A stretch of DNA of 48,981 bases, filler included, from Bipalium vagum (lineage: Eukaryota): assembly GCA_037834085.1 (NCBI GenBank). It is 3 parts of 3 records of this genome, joined end to end, with 100 filler letters (N's around TTAATTAATTAA, not from the genome) between each part and the next. Parts side by side here need not be neighbours in the genome. Positions count along the whole stretch, not along the records: positions 1 to 16,622 come from JBBMKC010101983.1; positions 16,723 to 33,077 come from JBBMKC010115165.1; 1 more part is not named here. One strand, 5' to 3'. The notes beneath the pieces are model-generated. The model made no database searches and had not been told where the DNA came from. It saw only the letters and a program-made list of their open reading frames with translations. How positions within the stretch are numbered: position 1 is the first letter of the stretch; each line of letters opens with the position of its first letter. Positions 13,541 to 24,735 of this stretch are shown in pieces. The position numbers were made by a program, and so were the translations under genes.

Positions 13541-14479
13541 TTATTTTTATTTTAAAACATATTTGAAAACATTCAATCACTTTTGGGTCCAGTATCCATA
13601 GTAAGTGTCCAATAGAGAAAAATATGAAGCATAAACAAGATTTTCTGTTTATGCCCTATATTTTTCTCAAACTGTTTTCACAAAGTGTATCGTGAAAACA
13701 GTTTACAAAGTAAATTTAATAAACACCAGTCCCCATTTCCACTGTAAAACACTGCCAGTGAACGGCGGACTGACGTTCTGCACTTAATTTGACATGGAAG
13801 AATACAATAATAAAATAATTTCAAGATTTATAAAATACAATCACACATACAAACAAACATACAATAATACATACAATTACTGTTTGTATGTATAAAATCT
13901 TTACCTAGAAATATCTTTATCATCCATTCATCATTTTAAATTTAATTTTTTTAAAAAATATTCAGAATTAAATTCTCTATCTGCTGATACCATTCTCATC
14001 ATTACCCGATCATTTTTTCTGATCCAATTATTGATTTTATTGATTTTTGTGAATATCTCCGAAAGAAAATCGATGACATATTTTTTATTTTATGATAATT
14101 ATCCACATATAATTTTCTATCTCACTGCACAAAAATATTTCTACCCAGATTCAGTTTCAATAAGGTATTGACTTTTACATGTATTTTTTTACCATTTTCA
14201 ACCCTTAAAACGTTTTTCCTATAAGAGATATTAAGTTGAAAATTTGTGTGGGTGTAGATTTTAAAATGTTCTATCAAATAAAAGTGAAATAAATTTCATA
14301 AATATTATGGTTTCGAATACATGATGATTATTCGAATTTTACTTGTAGCTTAATTAAAACGAAACTAAAAGACTACTACTGTAATTAAAATTTTGTTGAA
14401 GAAATATTAGATTACTTAAAAAGATCTAACAGAAAAATCATATTTGATTCGAAAAAGTTTAAAATATTGGGTTTTATGA

Positions 14480-16159
14480 TTATTCGAATTTTTAAATAAT
14501 CGAAACTTAATCCACAAAGCTCTTCAGACGAAGTCGGACATCTCCTAAACGAAGACAACTATAACAAATCTGTTGAAACATTGTTATAGTAAATCAAATA
14601 TTCTCTGTCCAATGGTGTCATCATCTTTCTTGTATGATGCTTCCTTCATTATGAAATTAAGTTACTTGATAATACTAATTAAAACAATCTTAAATTTTTT
14701 TATAAAAATGGCTGAACTAACTGAACAAACATTAAAAAACATAATTGAAGTTGGTAAACAAAAATGCAGTCAACCCGAAAAATTAAAAATCGATTTCCTT
14801 TCGGATTGTGAATTCATTCGGGTAATGAATGAATTTAAAATCTATATGATCGCCAAATTAATGATGAATTATTTATTTAAAAAATCATCTAAAGTTTTTT
14901 TAGATTTTTCTTTTGAATGAATTTTTTGTAAATCAACTTTGAATTATTTAAAATTTTTTACTATATCATTGGTTACCTTTTGAGTAGAACTGCTTGAAGA
15001 ATTGATGAAAATTTTAATTGCATTGAATAAATTCCTTCGACTTATGTTTAACTGTCATTATCTTTATTACTAAGTATAACATATTCATCGGTGTATTCTT
15101 CTTGACACAGTGTAACGATTTGATCATCATCAATGACTTCTGTTTGAATCATATCCTTTTCAACCATTATTTGGTTAGGCTCATTCTTGTGTCAAGAATA
15201 AGATAACATTTCTTTTTGTATTTTTTCAGTTCATCATCAAGATGTGGCATAAAACAATTAAAGAAATTGGTGGTTATATATGTTTTGGATTTGAGTGGTA
15301 ATTTTAGTATATTGCAACATTAAATCCTTTAAAACATCTTGGTTTCTTGCTATTTCCAATAACAAAGGGTTTAATTTTAATTGATCCACTAGCATTTGGT
15401 CATAAAGCTATCATTATTCTAACTTTAGATTGTTTTATTCCTTTTCTTTCATTTGATGAATTCTTTCTTTTAGAAAATGCTTCAAAAAGTCCAGTTTCAT
15501 CCATATTGAGTAAAACCTTTGGATCAATTTCTGCCAATTTTTCAACTATTTTTTTCTATGTGCTGAAACATTAACATCATTCATTGAATTTGTTTCTCTA
15601 TGGTGAACTTTCAATTTTAGATTAAATCGATTTTTGAATCTATTGAGTCATCTTTGATGAATTGCAGGTCATCAACGTTTAGCTTTGTTCAAATTCCTTT
15701 TCCTTTGTATTGATAATTTCATCAGTTACGTAAACATTTATTGCATCCATTTGAGATACCCATTCGATCAATGAATAACGTAGAAATTCTTAGTTTAGTT
15801 TTAATTCTCTTCTGATAATTTGAGACAATTCATTCAGCGACATTTTCTTTTACTCCTTTATTGCAAAAATTTTTGCATTTTGATGAATTGTAATTTCTGT
15901 TCTTTTTTAGTCATATGAATATTTAATTTAAATAAATAAAAATTCTAAATAAGCTTAATATTTAAACAATATCAATCCGACATTTTTACAAATTGTTAGA
16001 AATTTAATTCAAAAAAGAGATTTCCGATTGGGGATCATGAAGTTTAGAATTAATGAATCCAAATTGTCTTGAACTTTCAAAATTTGTCGAAATAATTTTT
16101 TAATTTTCGGACTATGAAGTTTTTGGATTATTGAAGTTTGGATTAATGATGGTTGACTG
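14480..16159 (-). mobile_element. Decayed pogo/Tigger-like DNA transposon
   Basis: Terminus CAGTCAACCATCATTAATCC at 16159, next to TA. Minus-strand fragments include LIEWVSQMDAINVYVTDEIINTK (CENP-B HTH) and LNMDETGLF...KQSKVRIMIAL*PNASGSIKIKPFVIGNSKKPRCFKGFN (DDE). The distal boundary is approximate. Confidence 0.85.
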
Positions 16160-16622
16160 TATATAACTTTTAAAGGTGAAAAATATTATCTAACTAAAAA
16201 ATAATTAATGAACCTCGAGAAACTCATTACACCTTGGGTGGAATTAAAGATAAAGTTGAAGAAACTGAGGAACACTCTTAGAGACAAAGCCTCAATAAAA
16301 AAAATTAAAAATGGATGAGTTCTCAAAATTGAAAATAATAATTTGACATATTTTAAAACTTCTTATGTTTCTAATGATTATAAAAATAAAAATAAGAAAA
16401 GAAAAGAATAAATTACTTTTATTCAAACTGAATCTGAAAATAAATTTTTAAATGTTACTAGTGATGCTATGATAAGAATTATAAATATAAATATACTCAC
16501 GGAAAAAAGTAAAAATCACCCTAAAATCAAAAAAATTTATTATGGATACAAACATGCAATACATATCTATACATAAAAATTAGTAATGAGTATGGCCACC
16601 TTTCTTGGCCACACATTCACTT

Positions 16623-16722
16623 NNNNNNNNNNNNNNNNNNNNNNNNNNNNNNNNNNNNNNNNNNNNTTAATTAATTAANNNNNNNNNNNNNNNNNNNNNN
16701 NNNNNNNNNNNNNNNNNNNNNN
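16623..16722. other. Artificial scaffold gap linker
   Basis: 44 N + TTAATTAATTAA (16667-16678; stops in all six frames) + 44 N = 100 nt. Confidence 0.97.

Positions 16723-16794
<72 letters not shown>
16723..16794. repeat. (TTA)n microsatellite at contig end
   Basis: Perfect tract abutting the gap; it probably caused the contig break. Confidence 0.97.
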
Positions 16795-16795
<1 letters not shown>

Positions 16796-17581
16796 TTAAC
16801 CATTTTATCTAATAAATTATTATAATTTACACAGATTATATAAAATTCAAAATCAAATAAAATACTCTTCCGATAATCACTATTTCATAGGATTATCTAT
16901 ATATTTTTGGTTTACATTTTCCATTTTCTTTTTTTTGTTTAGGGTTTGCACAACAGTTAGGGTTGGCAAATCTTCTTAGGACCTTACAACAAGTTACAGG
17001 ATAACTGTGTAAGGATTTAAAGATTCTTATTTAAAATCACTTTGTCAATTCATATTTTTACAAATAAAAATATTTGTATTGTAGTTTTAATTGTTTTCAT
17101 TTGACTTTTTTTGCTCCGATTTACAGGCCATAAATCCTTTTGATACTTAAGTAGTTTATGTTAAGTGACCCTTAAGTCTTTGTCGATTTGTTTAAGTTTA
17201 ATTTAAGTCACTTTTGGGGAAAATTAACAATAATAGTAATAATAATAATTATTTTTTTTTTATTTGAAGAGTAAAGATCGACAGTTATAATCTTTTACAA
17301 GAAATAAAAATCACAATATTAATTGTTTTTTAATTCAATGATCAAACAAAAAATAAATCTTTATTGTGGGATGCTCCATATTAATATTAAATAAAGTTCA
17401 GAATGTTCTTTCTAAATATGTAGTCGTAAAATATCAACAATCAAATTGTTCTTTTAAATTATGAAATTTAGTAAGGTTATGGACTATTAACATTTTAAAT
17501 TTTTTACAAGTTATAATTTAGATTTGTCTTATTTTCAGAATTAATTAAATTTAACAAATAAACAAATTAAACAAAATAATA

Positions 17582-18492
17582 TATTGATGAGCAAATTTTT
17601 TGGCCACCCTTAAAAATAGTTATTTAAAAATATATTTGCTTTTTAATCAAAAAAACTTATGTATATTAAAAATATTAAGTATTCATAAAATTTTCAAGTT
17701 AAATATTTTAACATTTGTTTAATTATTTTATTATTTATTTTATACAAGTTCAAATTTATTGGCCACCATATCCGATTTTAAGTAAATCTTTGATTTTATT
17801 AGAATTAAATATTTTTATTTATAAATTATATATTTATTTATGAAGACTGATGATCAAAAAAACGAAGTTTTATTTTTACGAAAAGAAGGATGGGTTTACT
17901 CAAGAATTTCGAGTATTATTAAGAATTATTAAGAATTAATAAGAATTATTAAGAATTAATTAAGAATTATTAATCGATAATTAATCGAATAATTAATCGA
18001 TAATTAATTAAGAATTATTAAGAATTATTAAGAATTTCAAAATTATCAAAAAAATGTGTTAGGGATATATGCCGAAAAAGAGCAGTAAAGAAGCAAATGA
18101 AAAGAGGCACGAGCCTAAAATAAATGCATCCATTAAGTTAAGAATTAAGAGGCAAATATGCAATCTGAAAGACAATGGTGAAAAGGTAAATTGTAAGAAA
18201 TTGATTAGTACATGTGATATTCAAGCTTCGCGATTTACTGTTGCACGTTACCTTAAGAAACAAAACATGAAGTACAAGAAAATAAGAAAAAGTTCACCAC
18301 TTAAACCATTGGACAAGGCTAAATGGTGTGATTTAGCGAAGAAGTGGTTGACAGAAAATCACCTAGGGGAGTGAACCATTTTTTTCGACGAAAAGTGGTT
18401 TTCCCTTGATAGGTCAGATGACTGGACACTTACATAAAGAAATCAGAAATCGTTGCCTTTTTCAAGGTGGCCAATAAATTTGCTCATCAGTA
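17582..18492 (+). mobile_element. Internally deleted Tc1/Tc3-like transposon with both TIRs
   Basis: Left end TATTGATGAGCAAATTTTTTGGCCACC matches the complement of right end GGTGGCCAATAAATTTGCTCATCAGTA. An inner direct repeat CAAATTTATTGGCCACC lies at ~17751. The transposase N-terminus includes ORF 18069-18374 and reads on to TIFFDEKWFSLDRSD (first catalytic D); the rest is deleted. Confidence 0.85.
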
Positions 18493-19589
18493 GTTTATTA
18501 GCATCTCTTATATCTGGTTCATAGAACAAAAATGATCAATGTAAGTTTCTTGTTGGTAAAACTTTAGATTTCGTAATAGAAATATAATTATTATTTATAA
18601 AAATGTTTAGTTGGATATCACATATTTTTATGGGATGACCAATTGGATATATTTTTAATTAGGTTAAGTTCCTAGAAAATTAATAAATTGAGTTAAGAAT
18701 ATCGATTCAGGACTTTAGGTAACTTAATAGTGTGTCTATTGATCAGAAGGACTTATAGAGGAACTAATAGAGAAAACTAATAAATGAAAAAAATTTAAAA
18801 TCAAATCAAAAATTAAGAAAGAATCGAATAACTTTAAATACTATTATTGACAAAAATATATCAAATAAAATATATAGTTCAATTTAATTGAAAACCTCTT
18901 AAGACTAAAAGAAACCTGTCACATTTATCTTGTTAGCTGTGGAAAAGCCCTAAGACAATTTATCAGCTCTAACTGCTGTGCAAATTTAAAAAAAGAGAGA
19001 GAATATAATAAGATTTAAGAAAAAGAAGGGTAGTCCTAATTGCAAGATACTAGTGATTATTGGAAAGTAATAATGATTTAAATATTTCTTGTGTAATTTG
19101 AATACAAATTACCAAGATTTATAATATGCAAATGAATATGAATTATAATAACAAAAACAATTATAATTAACTAGCAGCTACTTTGCATATATTTTGAATT
19201 TTGTTTTTATCTTTTTTGAATTTAATTCGTCTAAAATACTAAATTTTCTCTGTGTGGATTTCTTATTACTGTCTTAACTTGTTCTGCATCCTTAGTATTT
19301 TTGGGTAACTTTTATTTTTTTAATTTTTTGTAGTTTAAATGATGACTTTAAATATCTTTTAAAATTAGGGTCATTCTATTTTTAAAATTATTTTGTTTCC
19401 ATTTTAAGTTTTGCCTAATTTTTCATTCCTTTTTAATTATTTTTTTAATTTTAATTTCTATTTATAGAAAGTTGAACTTTTTATTTTTAAATTATACATA
19501 TTTTTTGAAACAATATTATGATAATAATAATAAGAATATTAATTTATAATTGTTATAAAAATTGCAATTTTTAAAAGTTTTTATTCTAC

Positions 19590-20388
19590 ATAAAAATTGA
19601 TCACATAGAGGTTGAAAATCATTTCCATCTTGCAGAAAAGTCTAATATTATAGCAAGAATTTTAATTGGTCATGCACTGGAATCTGAATCCGATAAAGAG
19701 TTCATTGACAAGATACACAAGGCCGCAGCTTTTATGCCAGCTTTGTTTTTAAAAAATGTTTTCGACACAACGAAATTAATTTTAATAAATTAATTAATTA
19801 ATTAATAGCGTTGTCGCCCGTAAGAATAGTGTAAAACCCCGACGGCTCCCTTCAGAACGCAGCAATGATTCAGGCGACATTGCAGAAACAACATCGAGAA
19901 ACGAAGCAACAAGAGAAAATAAACGAGCAAATGTCCAAAGTCTCGAGTCACAGGCGAAGATTGGCACGATCCCGTTATCAAGGAGTACAGTACGAGAGGT
20001 TTTCCGACGTTCCTGAATGAAAAAAGTACGTGACGGGAGTTGCCGGTGGTCGTGGCGCTTCCACACAAATTTTGGAACAGAGACAGAGTTTGTCCATTTA
20101 CAAGTTGCGCCATAAACTGTTGGCAGCGATCAAGAACAACCAGGTTCTCGTTGTGATCGGCGAGACCGGGAGCGGTAAGACTACCCAAATGACGCAATAC
20201 ATCGCCGAAGCCGGGCTGATTAAGAACAAAAAGATCGCGTGCACCCAGCCTCGAAGAGTGGCAGCAAAGTCGGCTGCCAAGCGCGTCGCTGAGGAGTTCA
20301 GGTGTCTGTTGGGCCAAGAGATCGATTACACGATTCGGTTTCGATTACATGACGACTCAAGAAACGAAAATTAAGTATATGACCGACA
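19590..20388 (+). pseudogene. DHX8: DHX8/PRP22 DEAH helicase pseudogene fragment, copy A
   Basis: N-terminal segment (EVENHFHL...EFIDKI), an AT filler at 19775-19805, then ALSPVRIV*NPDGSLQNAAM and [13 protein letters not shown]...[21 protein letters not shown]...CTQPRRVAA...KRVAEEF...YTIRF...IKYMTD. Stops and frameshifts; ends before the DEAH motif. Confidence 0.9.
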
Positions 20389-20959
20389 TTAAGTACATTC
20401 TAAAAACGTAGAAATCAATATAACCAAGTTAGGGTATTTGATTGGAGAAAAACCTTTATTATTAAAAAGTGAATTTACAATAATATTAGTTGCAGACAAA
20501 AATGAATACACAAGCAATAATACTATAGATTTTGGAACAACAAATAATTATCGTGTTTTCGGTTGGTATAATACTTATAGAAATTATTTTATGGTTGATG
20601 GAAGACCTATACAGAAAACATGTGTTAAAAGTTATAAAGGAACGGATATAATATTTTTACGATATAGGATGATGAAGCAACAAGTTTCACCTACAAGATA
20701 TTACTTTGATTATAATTCTGAAGAAAAATATTCAAGTAAATGTAGAGAAAATAGTGGTAATAGCGAATTTAAAAATTCTTCAAAAGAAAAAAATAGTTTA
20801 TAAAATTCTATTTTTACATCGTTCTGTAAAAGATTAAAAGAAATTAAAAGAAATAGAAATTCTTATGAAATCTTTTTATCCTAATATTAGCTACAAAGTA
20901 GCTTTCTGGTGTAAAGTTCTAAAGTTTTTTCAAATTTGTATTAAATAAATGGAAAAGCC

Positions 20960-21199
20960 AACAAAGTATCTAGAAAATCATCTGTATTTAGAATGAATTA
21001 TCTTCGTATGTTTGGGTAACTTGGCACCGGTGAATTGGTAAGGGCTGTTTTTATTTTTGAAAAGGCTGCACTGTATGCTTCTGTCCAAATTAGTTTCTCT
21101 TTGTTCCGTCCATAAAGTTCCTCTAAACCTCTAGCCTTGTTTGCAAAACACTTGATGAAACGCCGATAATAGCTGCAAAGGCCTAAAAACCTTCGGAGA
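20960..21199 (-). mobile_element. Ty3/Gypsy pol fragment (RT thumb to RNase H connection)
   Basis: LRRFLGLCSYYRRFIKCFANKARGLEEL...LIWTEAYSAAFSKIKTALTNSPVPSYPN...FILNTD. Confidence 0.85.
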
Positions 21200-22082
21200 G
21201 TGACTCGAGACTTTGGACATTTGCTCGTTCATTTTCTCTTGTTGCTTCGTTTCTCGACGTTGTTTCTGCATGCCGCCTGAACCATTGCTGCGTTCTGAAG
21301 AGAGCCGTCGGGGTTTTTCACTATTTTTACCGGGGACAATGCTAGTTTCTCATATAACTGGCCCTTGAGAAATGCCGGATCTTCCTTGACAATCTCGATC
21401 TCAATATCTTCATCGGACTCGTCGTCGGCACAAAACATCACTCCGTTGTCCTCGTTATAATCTAGATGGTCGGTGAGCTTGAGAAAACCAGCCGATTCCA
21501 TTTGTCTCAGCTCTCACCTTTCCGGACTGGTCATTCGCTGGATTTTCCGTTTCGTGTTCACTTGAATATATTCCTCGTCCATTTGGTTCTTATAGAAATC
21601 AGGCTTAAAATTCTTCTTGTCCTCTCGTTCCAGAGACTTTGACCGACTTCTGTGTCGTTGTTTCTCTTCATTTCTTTTATGCTTCTCACGGTCTCTTGAT
21701 CGATTCCTGGACCTACTTCTGTGGTGGGACCGTTTCGCAGATAGTTTCGATCTCTTTCTTTTATGATAACGTGATTCTGACTTTACGACTTTCGACTTCT
21801 TTTCTGACTTTCATTTTCCTTCTTCCAAAACCCCCATAATTTTCTTTACAGTATTATTATTGAAATTTGATAAGTATTCTTCCGTTTCTTCTTTTTCAGT
21901 TGGTACTGCATCAGCATTTTCCAGACATAATTTCGGAAATTTTAATTCCTCCCGTTTTTTTTATTCAGACAGAGTTGATGCTAAGTGCTGCAGTTTTCGG
22001 TTTTATAACCTCAGTAAACGAAGCTAGCATAAAAGCTGCAGCCTTGGGTATCTTGTCAATGAACTCTTTATCGGATTCAGAT
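21200..22082 (-). pseudogene. DHX8: DHX8/PRP22 pseudogene fragment, copy B (N-terminal and RS region)
   Basis: SESDKEFIDKI segment shared with copy A, RS-rich tract (RSRSRNRSRDRE), then RKIQRMTSPER*ELRQMESAG...DEDIEIEIVKEDPAFLKG...LSPVKIVKNPDGSLQNAAM. Inverted relative to copy A. Confidence 0.88.
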
Positions 22083-22089
22083 TTCCTGT

Positions 22090-24130
22090 TTGATTTTCTT
22101 GATCTCAATAAAATGAACGAGATATCTGTCGTTTTTATTTAGTTTTTGCCTCCAAACTCTCAAAAATTTCTTTTACTTTTGGATTTTGAGATAGGGTGTT
22201 CATTTGTCATAAATCCCACATTTTTTTACAACTCGAAATCTGTGCTCTCGATAGCTGATTCTTTAAAGGAATTTTTCTTTGAAATTTGGGGAAATGTTGA
22301 TTCCTTTCAGCTGAGTGAGAGCCCTCCACATGACACACGTGGTTTTGGTCTCTACTCAAACTTAATTTTTTGTGGAACAATTGAGAATTACTCAAGTGGT
22401 AAAGATTTGGTAGGCCTCAATTTTCAGTGTATTCGGGAAAAAATCCTATCTTGTTCTGTTAATTTTAGTTCTTCTCACATTGATAATCATGTTCCTTCTG
22501 ACTTTTCACCAACTATTGCCAAAAAACTGAGCTTGAAAGAAAGGCGAGATAGAGCAGAAATACTTTTAAAAGACATGGTTGAAAATGATTTTGACGTTGA
22601 TCAAATCATGGACTTAATTTTCAGCTTTTTTCCATCTCAATCCTCAATTTCTAGCTAAACTTGTCTAAAAGAAAACCAAATAAATTTACTTTAAGATCTA
22701 ATTTCAATAAAAATATGAAAGATACAGTGAATAAAATCCTCAATGATGATACCATTGATTGTTGACCACGAATGGAAAACATTATTGAGCATTTTACTTC
22801 CTCTCTTTCTGAATATAAGACTTGGCTTTTCAATGAGTTTTGTAAGTTTTCTTCATCTCAACTGGAACTTGAATTGATTTCTACTGATGAAGTGTGTGTG
22901 AACGTTGATAACACGACGCCTGGATGTGATGGCATCACATATAATAACTTGTAATATTTGGATCTTGATGACGATATTTAGAGTTATTTGTATAACAAAA
23001 TAATTGAATGTGGTAAAATCTATTCCTCATGGTGTTCGTTTAAAACTTGTTTAATTCCGAAACCTGGGAAAGGCGATAATTATCATTTAGTGTCGAATTG
23101 GAGGCATATTGTTCTCCTTTGTACTTCGTACAAAATATTTGCTGCGATTCTGTGTAGCAGACTGAACAATTGGGTTAAAGATAGCAATCTTTTGCACTCT
23201 TGTCAGAAAGTACCTTTCTAGAAGTACCTTTAAAGAACGAAGTGCTTTGTCTCACTTCTCCATCTTTACATTCAAATTTATTACAGTTTGAAGTGGCACA
23301 ACAGCAAGTGGAGTAATCTTTTTGCTGATACTGTTAAACTGTGTCCTCCTGTAAATAAAATGATCTTTAACTGTGGTTTGAGTGACTTTGGCTTCAAATT
23401 TATTCATAAAGCTGGTTCGAACTCACTTCCTATCAATGCAAGACCGTGGAATAAGTGTAAAGATTCTCGTTTCTACAAACGCTGTCACTTTTTTAGGAAT
23501 CAATGACGCATGTATTGCAAAATTGTTTTCCAAACATGTCATTTTGTACAGAGAGTCACAATGCTTATTTAAAAAAATTGCTGATGCACTTTGCAGTCCT
23601 GACATTATTGTAATCATGAACAAGAAATGTGAGCTCTTGACAGATTGCAACGAGCGTGTTGATCTTTTGATTACACATGTTGAGAAAAAATTTTTTTTCT
23701 AATTGATATCAAATGTCCGATGGATCTCCTGGAAAATTTCAGGACTTCAGATGAAGAAAATTTAGCTAAATACGCAGATCTTCGTAATTGACTTCAGATG
23801 TTGAAGCCTGATTATAAAGTTGTGCTGCAGACATGCATAATTGGGTCCCTAGGAACAGTACCGCCAAAAGCAGTTGATGTATTGCAGAAAATCGGTGTCC
23901 GGAGGTCAAAAATTGGTCCACTTCTCAAGGAATGTGCAGCATCAAATATTGAGTACTCGGCAAAGATTTGGCAATACCATGTTACAGGAATCCTGAGATC
24001 TATGTAGAACTGTGATATTCCCCGATGTCGACAAACCTGAGCGAAGAAGGCTGAAGCAAAATTCTCCTAAAGCTGAAGAGCTCAGCTGACAAAGATCCAT
24101 GCAGATCCACTGTGTCCTGAAGAAATAAAC
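22090..24130 (+). mobile_element. Decayed non-LTR retrotransposon with C-terminal restriction-like endonuclease (NeSL/Utopia/R2-group)
   Basis: RT subdomains 0-2: TPGCDGITY, W...TCLIPKPGK...NWRHIVLLCTSYKIFAAIL..RL...LLHSCQK. The RT core is deleted at ~23210-23235. Then a degenerate CCHC (KRCH...THVLQNC) and RLE motifs RVDL, LIDIKCP, KYADL, IIGSLG, ending IWQYHVTG...stop 24007, followed by a short 3' UTR ending near AATAAA. Confidence 0.85.
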
Positions 24131-24735
24131 ACTAAATTATTTTTATTGAATAAATTTTATAATATTTTGTTTTAATAATTACAATTTTAATTGTAATTAA
24201 AGAAAATTAATGAAAGGATTATTATTAATTCAGTTTAATAGTTTCATAAATAGAATCACGTGAAGGATTTCCTTATGAAAATCATTTTCCCTCGCAATAT
24301 ATTTAAATCAAACTTTGTCCAAACGGGAATGTCGAATATTGCTTTCACCAATCCAATGGGTGAACCTGCGGCTCTCGAAAAAATAAAATAATGTGTGGAA
24401 AACAAAGCGATAATGGGAAACCAAGTGGATTACTTCCTGACTATTTGTCCTAATCCCACGGAACATATAGATTGATATATTTATTTTCAATATATACCAA
24501 CATTGCAGGAGATACTAAAAGTCTCTCCAAATGATGTTTTACGCCTCTATCTACTGGTGAGTAAATTTAAAATTTCAGAAATATCCTCCACCACAAAATT
24601 TAGTCAGGAATGCCATCGAGTACAGTGCGTACAACACACGCACATGCTACACGAAAAATGCTTTAAAATCGAGGCATTGAACAAACATTGATCTGTGAAG
24701 AAACTCTTCTTCATAACAGTAATGAAGTCATATTG

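Noticed and set aside
838-14920. Short I/F/L/K-rich ORFs (838-1023, 2011-2199, 8099-8335, 10437-10625, 14573-14920)
   Set aside because: Low-complexity chance ORFs in AT-rich intron or TE DNA, or antisense to real exons.
16667-16678. TTAATTAATTAA as a biological motif (piggyBac site or repeat)
   Set aside because: Centred in symmetrical N runs at both gaps, so it is an assembly linker.
17915-18036. CRISPR-like array
   Set aside because: Eukaryotic context; 10-11-bp AT-rich tandem units with no unique spacers.
19794-20317. Minus-strand ORFs of 171, 90 and 60 aa
   Set aside because: Antisense shadows of the GC-richer DHX8 fragment.
20030-20374. Functional DEAH helicase gene
   Set aside because: The upstream part has stops and frameshifts, and the sequence ends before motif II; it is a pseudogene fragment.
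20960-21501. Translated DHX8-Gypsy RT fusion protein
   Set aside because: Stops lie on both sides (TGA at 21229 and near 21515), and the Gypsy frame is not the native DHX8 frame.
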